A stretch of 64,000 nucleotides of DNA from Malacoraja senta (Eukaryota), in NCBI GenBank assembly GCA_038087875.1, contig CM075981.1, forward strand, positions 1,178,001 to 1,242,000, in the 5' to 3' direction. A program made the translations under genes and the position numbers. The notes beneath the pieces were generated by a model. The model saw only the letters and a list, made by a program, of their open reading frames with translations. It did not search any database and was not told the DNA's origin. Position 1 is the stretch's first letter. Every line of letters begins with the position of its first letter. Positions 25,798 to 37,740 of the stretch are shown piece by piece.

Positions 25798-26884
25798 CTG
25801 AAATTTTCAGGTGGAAAGCAAATGAACTGTTTAATGGAAATAGATACATTTGGAAGATTACATGAAAGAAAACTTAAATCGTTCCATGATGTGTCATATT
25901 GCTTCACGGCCAATGTCTCCGGTCTGAAGTTGGGACAGTGCTGTTATTGTACCAGTTGTGTCAATGTTCTGTCCCCGGGTCAGTACAATTAGGGTTCACT
26001 TCCCACTCCAGATCTCTGAGCAGAAACTGGGCTGGGATCGCAGTGCGGTACTGAGGGAGCGCGGCAGTGTTGCAGGAGCTGCCTTTCAAGAATCCCAGGC
26101 GGTGCCCGGCCACTCACCCTACAGAAAGACCCCATTTTGCTATTTCATTGGCGGTGCCGCCGGCTACCCTGCCAACATTCATCTCTCAACAGACACTGGG
26201 CTGGACCCGTGTTTAGACATTCACTGCCGCCACTTCCTTTACAAAGCCCTGACTGAGGACAGAGGTCGGACGGGTGACAATAAAGCGGGTCCCTTCTCGG
26301 AGAGCGTTACTAGCATGAACACGCACACCGCCATTCGGGGACAGTTTCTTCCCAGATGTTATCACGCATCTGAAACATCCCACAACAACCAGAGTGCATT
26401 GCTGAACCTATCTACCTCTTTGACGACCCTCGGACCACCCTTGGTCGGACTTTGCTGGCTTTACCTTACACTAAACGTTATTTCCTTATCATGTATCTAT
26501 GCACTGTATGAGGATCGATTGTAATCATGGATTGTCTTTCTGCTGGCTGGTTCGCACGCAACAAAAAAACGTTTCACTGTACCTCGGTCCACGCGACAAT
26601 AAACTATACTGAATTGGGAGCAAAATGTACCGCTGCTCATCGGAGACAGTTTCTATCTTAATTTAAACTGTCATCGGGATTCAAATAGACCAATGTCAAC
26701 AGTGGTTGAATACGAACATAGTCTAGCTATTCAAATGTGACTTCAAAGCCATCACCACAATGCATTGAGTTCCATTTCCTCCATTACATGTCTACACACA
26801 CTTAACCATCTCGGCTGTGGAAAGGGTGCACGGGACCTCAACTAACATTGGTAATTGGAATATTAAGATCTGGCTTTCACTCAC

Positions 26885-26921
26885 CGGGCAGCGAGGAGAT
26901 AAGAACAATGGGAATCCACAC
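26885..26921 (-). pseudogene. Gene C leader exon with ATG changed to GTG (VWIPIVLISSLP)
   Basis: 37 nt, CCCG|gtgagt; the paralog at 36-72 has ATG. Confidence 0.8.
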
Positions 26922-27785
26922 TGTTTTATCGACAGTGACAAGGCCAGCACTTGCCTGCCTGTGGCTCAGCTCTGTGCTCTCAGATACAACCGTATCTCTC
27001 AAATAGCAATGAGGAAGAAGGGAACAGGAAGTCAGATCGTGAACCACAGCGAGCCAGTAGCAGCTCGACACGCTAGTTTATGAAAGGCTCAGGGTTATAT
27101 GTAACAAATGGTTGGGTCAGATGATCACAGAATCATAAAGCTGGAACCAGGCCCTTCTCCCCAACGCGTTAGACTAATATGCTCATCTAGTTAGTCAAAT
27201 TTGCCCACGTTCGACCCATATCTTCCCAAACCTTCCCTATCCATGGACCTGTTTAAGTGCCCGTTACATGTTGTTATTGCAGCTGCTTCAACCACTTCGT
27301 CAAGTGTGATGTATCCGTAAGGATGGAGCGATGGTTATCTCTGTACTCAGAGTCTGTTAACACTGAGCAGTGGTGTAAATAATGATACACAAATAATTGC
27401 AGGAGCAACTCTGCGGGCCAGACAGCACCTCTGGAGAAAATGGATAGGTGACATTTCGGGTCGGGACCCCTCATGTAAACAATGATACGTTGGATAAAAT
27501 ATGACATTTAGAATAGTAGAAACATCTAAGATGTGTACACTTCCGGATCATTCCCTCTTGAGGATTTTGTAAGTGGACCGGCAGATCAAAAATATAATTA
27601 TTGGAACTTATGTTTTGGCATATTGCTGTTGACAAGGGGCAAAACATGTAGCTGGCGTTAGGAAGTAGGGGCTTTTCACCTGAAATCAGCTGAGGTTAAT
27701 TGGAGTTTGACCCGTTCCTCTCTGCTTCAACTCTTTAGTTCAAACTTTGCAACACTATTGTCATGATATTCATGTTTTGAAAATA

Positions 27786-27985
27786 NNNNNNNNNNNNNNN
27801 NNNNNNNNNNNNNNNNNNNNNNNNNNNNNNNNNNNNNNNNNNNNNNNNNNNNNNNNNNNNNNNNNNNNNNNNNNNNNNNNNNNNNNNNNNNNNNNNNNNN
27901 NNNNNNNNNNNNNNNNNNNNNNNNNNNNNNNNNNNNNNNNNNNNNNNNNNNNNNNNNNNNNNNNNNNNNNNNNNNNNNNNNNNNN
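27786..27985. other. Assembly gap
   Basis: Ns. Confidence 1.
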
Positions 27986-29172
27986 CAGTGGGTGGTGAAT
28001 CTGTGGAATTCATTGCCAAAAAAGGCTGCGACGAGGGACAAAAGTGCGAAAACGCACACCTCCAGATTCAGGGACAGTTTCTTCCCAGTTATTATCAGGC
28101 GACTGAACTTTCCCATCAACAATCAGAGAACGGCGCTGACTATCGTCTACCTCATCAGGGACCATCGAACTATTTTTAATCGGACTTTCGTAGACTTTAT
28201 CTTGCACTAAACATTATTCTTTTTAGCCTGTATCTGTACTCTGTGGACGGCTCGATTGTAATCACGAATAGTCTTTCCCCTGCCTAGATGGCACAGAATG
28301 AAACGATTTTGATTGTATCTAGTACACTGCACCCTGTACGCGGCAATAAACTAACCAAACCAAACCTCAGCCATGGAAGTTCCTTCAGGATATTTATTAT
28401 AGCCCTGCTCCTGCTCTCATGCATGGAGCAGAAGATTGTGGCATTCTCACTCCAGTAATTAGCTTTAAAAAGCGGAGAGCCAGCTGTTAACATTGAGATT
28501 TTGCAAGGAATTGACAAATCTATCCAATGTATTTACCGTGACAAAAACACCATTCAACTTGGTGGTCAAGTTGAAAATTAATAAGGTACTAATACAGAGT
28601 TAGCTTGTCAAAGGGTCAAGTGTGATCAAGTTAAGTTGTGTCACGTAAATTGGAATATGTTTCCCACAAACACAGTTCACAGCAGCGCTAATGAATGCTA
28701 AGATATCAAGAGTGGGTCAGGTTTAAGAGATAATATAGTGAGAAAACCCATGATCACTGAACAATCAACTGGCTTCCCAGACTAGGCTACTCCTGTTTTT
28801 TTCTGATTGTACATCGATATGTGGGACCAAGAGGTATGTCTGTTTTAGCAATTAGCAAACTTTCTCTAACATTAGATACAAGGCTAAACTTATTCTGCAG
28901 CTGCCAATCAAAATTAAAGATTTACGCCGCTCCAAGGACTAGTCAAGTAAAATATCAAGGACGCTTTTAAGTAAAGTGTGGATAAACACAAGAGGGAAAA
29001 TAAGGATTGCAAGGATATGCTGATGTGCTTCCATGTACAGGGGTATTTGGAGGTTTGTGTATCGTACAGATATTGGAGAGGGCTGGTGGGGCTGATTGCC
29101 CTTGTGTAGTCCCCTATAATCTGATTTTGAAAAGTTTCAAACATTCACTGAATTCATATTTCATGTCCTTAC

Positions 29173-29219
29173 CTGGGTTCCATTTGCCCTGGCTCGGTGA
29201 TGTGTGTTGCACTTGGATT
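29173..29219 (-). CDS. Gene D candidate first cytoplasmic exon, (E)SKCNTHHRARANGTQ
   Basis: ttgtatgttgcag| and CAG|gtaagg; phase 1-0, compatible with the TM exon. Confidence 0.55.
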
Positions 29220-30411
29220 CTGCAACATACAATTTTATTGTTGTAAGGACCATGTCAACATCTATGCGTTACATTCTTATACAGATACAGTCTTATTTCA
29301 ATGAGCGTCATCTGCTTTGATCTGCTCTTGTTCACACCTTACGTGCTCTTTGTACCCTTCCGTATCTCTAGTTTCCCTCTCCCCTGATTCTCAGTCTGAA
29401 GGAGGGTCTCCATCCGAAATGTCACCCATTGTTTCTCTCCAGTGATGTTTTTTTTTTTTAAATTTTTTTTTTTTTTAATTTTTTTTTTTAGAAGTACATT
29501 ACATCACAGCCACATACATTAATACTCGTCATTTATATCTTCTTACAATTAATGTACTCCCTTTATTTATTTTTTTACACTAAAGAAAGAAAAGATTGAA
29601 AGAGAGAAGAAAGTGAAGGAAAAAGTGCAAGTGTAGAAAAGTGTAGAAAATGTAACAACAAAAAAGGACGAAGACCCTATGAGAGCGAAATTAAAAACAA
29701 AAAGAAAAAGAGTTAAGAAATAGGCCTAAGAAAAGAAAAGAGAAAGAGAAAAAAAGAAAAACAAATGTTTTTTTTTGAGCATCACGTAAATAGGACATAC
29801 CAACTCTTCAACTATCATCCCCCCTTACCCGACCTCAATTTTTTATTTTTTTAAAGTACTTTTGCACCCTAAGTGATGTTGCCTGTCCCGTTGAGTTACC
29901 CCAGAATTTTGTGTCTATCTTCGGTGTAAATCAGCATCTACAATTCCTTCCAACAGAAGCTATCAGCATCTCACTTCTAACCAACTTCATAGCTGTGATG
30001 CAGCTTTTCCTCTCCATATTAAGGCTGAGTGCCCGTCATGTGAAATAGTTAGATTTAGCTCCTAGGGCTAACGGAATCAAAGGATGTGGGGGAGAAAGCA
30101 GAAATGTGGTACTGACTTTGGATGATCAGCCATGATCATTTTCTATGGCGGTGCTGGCTTGAAGTGCCGAATGGCTTATTCCTGCACCTATTTCCTATTG
30201 CCTATTGTCTATTTTCTATTTTTCTGTGTGGAGTTAAACAGTACTGTCACCCAGATGCAGTGGCGGCTCCATATTTTTAACGCTGTATTAAGCTAGACAA
30301 GGACACTTAAACTCTGGTTCTTGGTTGACTCGAATAAATTCCAATGATTTACCAGTTTGTCAAAAACTATCACATAGAGCTTGAAGTTATGAAGAAAAAG
30401 TGGAATCTCAC

Positions 30412-30503
30412 CCTTGTGTCTATTCCTTAGATACAATAGTAGGCAAGCGAATATCACAACGAGCAGAACCCCGGTGACACTGAGAACAATTATCAAAATA
30501 ATT
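30412..30503 (-). CDS. Gene D transmembrane exon, uncharged (IILIIVLSVTGVLLVVIFACLLLYLRNRHK)
   Basis: Acceptor ttctttctctcaacaacag|, donor G|gtgaga, phase 2-1; hydrophobic helix followed by a basic stop-transfer segment. Confidence 0.85.
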
Positions 30504-31611
30504 CTGTTGTTGAGAGAAAGAAAGAGTCATTTTCGGAATACAACGGATTTTTAACTATTGTTCGAGAACAAACATATATCATTTATACGGCACCTTGCAA
30601 AGCCCTGGAATATGTTTAGCCCAGTAAATGCAGTTCGGTAATGTTTGGTTGTGGGAAATGCAAGGCAGGTGGCTTATGTTCAGGTTTGGTTTGGGTTTTG
30701 GTTTGTTATTGTCCCATGAACAGAAGAACAGTGAAAAGTTTTGTTTTGCATGTTATGCCATCTAATCAGAAAATACATAAATCCTATTAAACCCAACTCG
30801 TGTGAATAGGTGGAGCGAATTGAAAGATACAGAGTGTCTGGCCAACATTTGTTCGTAAACACAATTGTGGAACATCTTCAACAAATCCAGAAGAAGACTT
30901 CCATTATGTTTTTGAGCATATAGTGTGCCTGTGTGTGACCACCACAGATGGCACCTTGAAAAATACGAGCATTTCATCCATTTACCGTGATCGACATTAA
31001 ATCTTTGACCAACCTTTCAGGGTGGCGCTCACAAAGGAAATCAAGGGCCATGCCCTTAGCAATTAATTCACCAAGAACTTCCCCATCAGTGCCACACCAA
31101 AGCAGGTCAAACAAAACATTGTTGGAGTTTGGCAAATACGGCCTTGGGTGAGGCGAGTGATGGGGCAGTCATTGTGACTACTGCATAGAACACGACCCGA
31201 GAAGAACATGATTTTATTTCCCAACAACATTCATAGCACAGCAGAGTGATACATACTGATGCTGCCACATCTATACATTTTCTCCAGAGATGTTGCCGGA
31301 CCCGCAGAGTTACTCCACCATTTTGTGGCCATCTTTGCTACAAACCAGCATCAACGGCTCCTATTGGTTCCATTTCCATTCTATTGAGCTATGGTGCAAA
31401 ATACTGCCTTATTTTCTTGTGTTAATGCCAAAATAATTACTACATAATTTGGGAGGCAATTTTGCCTTTGTATGGCCGGCTTCCAGTGGGTACTGCTGCT
31501 TCAGTTATACCGACGTCTAATATTAGGTCCCATTGAAGTCAATAGGAATTCCTCCTCCCATTTATATTTTGGTCTCTTGAAGCGTGGCTAATCGAATGAT
31601 AAACACTGTAC

Positions 31612-31724
31612 CTTGCTGTGGAATCGGATCGAATGTTTCCCCTTTGACTGGTTATATTGGAAAATGCCGAAGAATCACTTGTCATTTTTTTCTGTTGTGG
31701 ATGTTACACAATAATATACAGGTG
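31612..31724 (-). CDS. Gene D stalk exon with an apparent +1 frameshift in an A7 run (APVYYCVTSTTEK/MTSDSSAFSNITSQRGNIRSDSTAR)
   Basis: Strong acceptor ttttttgtcttaacag|, donor AG|gtacag. 113 nt where 112 is needed for phase 1-2. Y.C.T.TTE is shared with the gene E stalk. Confidence 0.7.
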
Positions 31725-32608
31725 CTGTTAAGACAAAAAATAAAATTCACTTACACTTGATCTTCCCCGACAATCACGCCAGATAGCATATTTGGGAGAT
31801 CTTTACATGGAGAAAGGGCTGATTCATTTCGGGTACAAGGTGATTTTTCATCAGTGCAATTGGCCGTCTTTTGCATCAAACGAGGGAGGTTTCCAAATAT
31901 GAGTGTCGCCCGCATTCACTGATCATTTCTGCTTTATTCCTATACCTCTGTAGCGGGGACGCAGACATGCCGCTGGGGCAGTGAAATTGCTTATATTGGT
32001 GGCACTGCAAATCACGTCTAATCGTGTGCTAGCACAAGGGAAATTTCCAGCCAGGGAGCTGGCCTTGCTTATACTAGAAACGTGACCAAAGCTTCAATAG
32101 TGAGGGGAATCAAGAACCAGATGAGAGGTTTAAGATCAGAGAGGGGGGGGGGTTAATACGATCCTGGGGGGCAACTTTTCTGCCCAAATGGTGGTCGGTG
32201 TATAAAACGATCTGCCACAGGAGATAGTTGAGGCAAGTACGATCGCGACGTTTAAAATACATTTGGACAGATACATGGATAGGATAGGTTTAGAACGTTT
32301 TGCGCCAAACACAGGGAGGTGGGACTGCTGTGGATCGTAGGCGTCGGCAAGCTGGGCTGAAGGGCATATTTCCACACTATATTTCTCTATGTTGGATGAA
32401 GTATATTGACATCACTATCAACTACATCACTCACTATAATCACTATAAAAACAATGGATAGAGAAACATTGCATGTGCAGATTAACCAATTGCCCACTGT
32501 CACAAGCTCCCGCCCACTCGTATCTGGCTTTCTGAGCTGCCATAGTAACAACAAAACAGATCGACTGGCAAAGAATATTGAAATGTCCTAATGGGAACTA
32601 TATTTTGA

Positions 32609-32905
32609 GGGCGGCACGGTGGAGCAGCGGTAGAGATGCTGCCTTACATCGCCAGAGACCCGGGTTCGATCCTGTCTACGGGTGCTGTCTGTACGGAGTT
32701 TATGCGTTCTCCAAGTGATCTCGTTGGTTTTCTCCGGGTGCACTAGTTTCTTCCCACATTCCAAATATGTGCAGGTTTGTAGGTTAATTAGCTTCTGTTA
32801 ATTATCCTTAGGGTGTATGATGGAACTGGTGTGCGGCTGGTTGTTGGTTGGCACTATCCCGATGGGCCGAATGGCCTGTTTCTATGCTGTATCTCTAAAG
32901 TAAAC
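32609..32905 (+). mobile_element. tRNA-derived SINE
   Basis: A and B boxes and family tail. Confidence 0.85.
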
Positions 32906-33203
32906 TTGCGTGGCTGGAGGTAGAATTTTGGCACCTTGAATTTTCGGATAAAGGGGCTATTTGGTGAACATTTGTCTGAAAGGTTACAAAATAGTTTGTC
33001 ATCTGTGACATAAGTAATGGATCCTTATTGTGACACTAACCACAAACTTCCAACTACTGTGAGCATTCCTCGCAACACCAAGTCATGTATTTCCTCTCAG
33101 AATATTGTGGGGTCTTCAGAATCATCCCAATCCACCTATTCCCGTAACACTAAAACATCACAGGTATCAAACTGGCGATTCAGTCATTCCCTCCAGCACT
33201 TAC

Positions 33204-33512
33204 CATTGTTACCGAAATGCACCACATAACTGCAATTCTCCCCGGAGTTGGACACTGCCACGGTAACCATTTCACTGGACTTTGTCCCACGATTATTTGA
33301 GGCTTTGCAGAGATATTGATGGCGTTGGTGTTTGAAGGATTGACAACGTAGATCCAGTTTATTGCTATTTGAGATTTTTGAGGTATTTTCATACCAGGTG
33401 TAGCTAATGGGAAGAGATCCCCGCTCAGACTTACAGGACACTGTCACCGAGCCTCCGACACAGGAGACATTGGCTGGTGACAGTAATCCAAGCACAGGAA
33501 CAGACACAGGTT
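33204..33512 (-). CDS. Gene D C2-type Ig exon, intact
   Basis: 309 nt phase 1-1, tttcccacag| and G|gtaagt; VSCKSERGSLPISYTWY...YLCKASNNRG. Confidence 0.9.
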
Positions 33513-33869
33513 CTGTGGGAAAGGAGCAAACAATGGATACAAAGTCAACATCTGAAAATAAAAGACTCTCCCATTCTGGCACCCTTGTACCTCGACTTTT
33601 GAAGAGGTACACGCGAACCTCGTCCCCTGCCTTCGGTGCTCGCAATATGACCTCGGCCTTTACAAAAGCGAGCCTGGACATCCTGGTTGCTAATCATTTA
33701 AGTCCCCTTCCATTTCCCATTCCACCCTTTATGTCCTTTGGTTCCTGCATTGCCAAAACTATTTTGAACGAGAAACAGCACCTTATATTCACCTTGACAA
33801 TCGGACAACGCAACGGTATGAACATTGAATTCCCGGATTTCAAATAATACCTCACTGTCGCCCCCCCCG

Positions 33870-34065
33870 NNNNNNNNNNNNNNNNNNNNNNNNNNNNNNN
33901 NNNNNNNNNNNNNNNNNNNNNNNNNNNNNNNNNNNNNNNNNNNNNNNNNNNNNNNNNNNNNNNNNNNNNNNNNNNNNNNNNNNNNNNNNNNNNNNNNNNN
34001 NNNNNNNNNNNNNNNNNNNNNNNNNNNNNNNNNNNNNNNNNNNNNNNNNNNNNNNNNNNNNNNNN
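33870..34065. other. Assembly gap
   Basis: Ns. Confidence 1.
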
Positions 34066-34594
34066 TTGGCATGATACAAAATACATTGTTATATTGCCAA
34101 AGTATGAAACATGACATACATATTTAAGATGCATAAGTATAAATACAAGTATACAGTGCATAGATAGATATGTCCCTGTACATAAACTCGCAAGAGGCCT
34201 CTCTCTCTCTCTGTCTCTCGGGATGCGTGCTGGCCTGCCCCTGGAGGATTGACCGCAGTCTGTTGAACTCACGCAACTGATTCCCAGTTTATGATTCTCC
34301 AGATATTCAGACCAGACTATTTGTTTCTCACTGATCTGTTCCCGTCGGATTATTAGTTTGAGTGGGACCTTGATGGGCCGAATGGCCTAATTCTGCTCCT
34401 ATCGCTTTTGAACATATGACCCTCCGCACTGGGTGAGATCAACATGAGTGGGGTTTCCCGACCCCCGCCCGCTCCCCGCAGGTCTCTGCACTGTTGCGGA
34501 GCATCGGGATATTTGTGCTGCCCTGACCCTTCCCGGAGAAAACATGGATCAGGCTTTACAGTGGAGACGTCAAGTCAATCGCTGCGAAACGTAC

Positions 34595-34915
34595 CGTCAG
34601 ATACTTGGAGATGAACGTTAAACAATGGATCCAAGCCAGGTGCAGCAATTCCACAGCTGTACCATCCTGTATCTCCAGAGCGAAGATCCTCCACAGTCAC
34701 AGTAAATATTCCTCGTGTCGGGTTATCTGTGATTGACGATCTTCCTCTCCGTCCATTTTCCCGATTTGTTTCCAATAAAACTCTACACTGGCGAGTCCAC
34801 CCGTGACACCAGTATTTTGGGCGTGAGCGGTACTCTGCTTCATAGTGACAATCAACCGTGACCGCTCTTCCCACAACTCCTCCTACATATGTCTTTCCCC
34901 ACACCGCACCTGAAA
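34595..34915 (-). CDS. Gene D CD300/pIgR-like IgV exon, intact
   Basis: VDCHY...KYWCHGWTRQC...DTGWYSCG, with the family's extra C-C' Cys pair; ctctcag|tttcag acceptor, G|gtacgt donor; 321 nt. Confidence 0.92.
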
Positions 34916-35029
34916 CTGAGAGGATAAATCAGCTGAAAATGTACAGGAAAAATCAGGTGAGCATTCGGAATGATTAGGGATGTGCTGGACAACATTCACA
35001 TCCACACCAACACTGGACCAGGTCATCCA

Positions 35030-35500
35030 TCACTGAATGGACTTGCCATCGTTTCAATTGGAAGCGTCTCTGCCAGCTCCAACCCAGTGGTATGGAACAA
35101 CATCTCATATTCCCCATCGGCAGATTACACCCTAATGGTATGAATATTAATATCTCTGACTTCAAGTAAACCTTGCATCCCCTCTCCGCCCATCCCTCCC
35201 CCACCTAAGTCGTACCAGCTTCTTGTTGAATCTCATTGCCTATAACTCGTTCTCACTTACCACACAGCTAGCAATGGCTTGTTTCATCATTGTTACTTTT
35301 TTTACATATCTTTCATTCATTTGTTCTATAATCTTTCTACAATACCGTCTATATCTCTCGTTTCCCTTTCCCCTGACTCTCAGTCTGTAGTAGGGTCCTG
35401 ATCTCGAAACGGCACCTATTCCTTAGCTCCACAGATGCTCTCTGATCAGCTGAGTTACTCCAGTATTTTGTGTCTATCTTTCAAACCAACATTGTCTCTT
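35030..35500 (+). mobile_element. Penelope-like fragment with terminal repeat
   Basis: ggaacaacatctcatatt...ggtatgaatattaatatctctgacttcaag, as in the other copies. Confidence 0.55.
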
Positions 35501-35607
35501 CTGTCCCCTCAGCATTGCCGGCGTTTCCTCGTCTGTCGCCCGTCACGCTGCTGGGAGCGGCATCTCTGGGTCTTAGTGTCGGCTGGTGGCTTCCCAGAAG
35601 ATCTAGC

Positions 35608-37740
35608 AGTTGTGAATGGAAGGAGCATTTCATGGGAAGGATGTAGAAGAGAAATGGAGGACATTTAAAGGTGAAATTTTAAGAGTACATAATCTTTATG
35701 TCCCTGTTCGATTGAAAGCAAAGAGTAATAATTGGAAAGTGCCATGATTTTCAAGGGAAATTGGACACATGGTTCGGTAAAAGAGACAGATCTACAATAA
35801 TTATAGGCAGCATGGAGTAAATGAAGTGCTTGAGGAGTATAAAGAATGTAAAAAGAATCTTAAGAAACAAATTAGAAAAGCTAAAAGAAGATATGAGGTT
35901 GTTTTGGCAAGTAAGGTGAAAGTAAATCCAAAGGGTTTCTACAGCTATATTAATAGCAAACGGATAACGAGGGATAAAATTGGTCCATTAGAGAGTCAGA
36001 GTGCACAGCTATCTGCAGAGCCAAAAGAGATGGGGGAGATATTGAACAATTACTTTTCTTCGGCATTCACCAAGGAGAATGATATTGAATTATGTGAGAT
36101 AAGGGAAACAAGTAGAGTAGCTATGGAAACTATGAGGATCAAAGAAGAGGAAGTACTGACACGTTTGAAAAATATAAAAGTGGATAGGTCTCCAGGTCCT
36201 GACAGGATATTCCCGAGGACATTGAGGGAAGTTAGTGTAGAAATAGCAGGGGCTATGACAGAAATATTTCAAATGTCATTAGAAACGGGAATGGTGCCGG
36301 AGGATTGGCGTACTGCGTATGTTGTTCCATTGTTTAAAAAGGGATCTAAGAGTAAATCTAGCAATTATAGACCTATTAGTTTGACATCAGTGGTGGGTAA
36401 ATTAATGGAAAGAATACTTAGAGATAATATATTTAATCATCTGGAGAAATAGGGTCTGATTAGGAACAGTCAACATGGATTTGTGCCTGGAAGGTCATGT
36501 TTGACTAATCTTCTTGAATTTTTTGACGAGGTTACCAGGGAAACCGATGAGGGTAAAGCGGTGGATGTTGTCTATATAGGCTTCAGTAGGGCCTTTGACA
36601 AGGTTCCACATGGAAGTTTGGTTAAGAAGGTTCAATTGTTGGGTATTAATAGTGGAGTAGCAAGATGGATTCAACAGTGGCTGAATGGGATATACCAGAG
36701 AGTAATGGTGGATAACTGGTTGTCAGGTTGGAGACCGGTGACTAGTGGGGTGCCTCAAGGATCTGTGTTGTGTCCACTGTTGTTTGTCATATACATCAAT
36801 GATCTGGATGATGGTGTGGTAAATTGGATTAGTAAGTATGCAGATGATACTAAGATAGGTGGTGTTGTGGATAATGAAGTAGATTTTCAAAGTCTACAGA
36901 GAGATTTAGGCCATTTGGAAGAGTGGGCTGAAAGATGGCAGATGGAATTTAATGCTGATATGTGTGAGGTGCTACATCTTGGCAGGACAAATCAAAATAG
37001 GACGTACTTGGTAAATGGTAGCGAATTGAGGAATGCAGTTGAACAGAGGGATCTAGGAATAACTGTGCATAGTTCCCTGAAGGTGGAATCTCATGTAGAT
37101 AGGGTGGTAAAGAAAGCTTTTGGTGTGCTGGCCTTTATAAATCAGAGCATTGAGTATAGAAGTTGGGATGTAATGTTAAAATTGTACAAGGCATTGGTGA
37201 GGCCAATTCTGGAGTATGGTGTACAATTTTGGTCGCCAAATTATAGGAAAGATATCAACAAAATAGAGAGAGTACAGGAGATTTAATAGAATATTGCCTG
37301 GGTTTCAGCACCTAAGTTACATAGATAGATTCTTTGGAGCTCAGAAGGTTAAGGGGGGATTTGATAGAGGTCTTTAAAATTATGAGACGGATTGACAGAG
37401 TTGACGTGGATAAGCTTTTTCCATTGAGAGTACGGAAGATTCAAACAAGAGGACATGATTTGAGAATTAAGGGACACAAGTTTAGGGGTAACATGAGGGG
37501 GAACTTCTTTACTCAGAGAGTGGTAGCTGTGTGGAATGAGCTTCCAGTGGAAGTGGTGGCGGCAGGTTCGATTTTATAATTTAATAATAAATTGGATAGG
37601 TATATGGACGGGAAAGGAATGGAGGGTTATGGTCTAAGTGCAGGTAGATGGGACTAGGTGAGAGTAAGTGTTCGGCACGGACTAGAAGGGCCGAGATCGC
37701 CTGTTTCCGTGCTGTAATTTTTATATGGTTATATGGTTAT
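35608..37740 (+). mobile_element. CR1 LINE ORF2 3' half (distinct, AT-richer subfamily)
   Basis: SCLTNLLEFF, AFDKVPH, YADDTKIGG; (ttatatgg)n tail. Confidence 0.92.
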
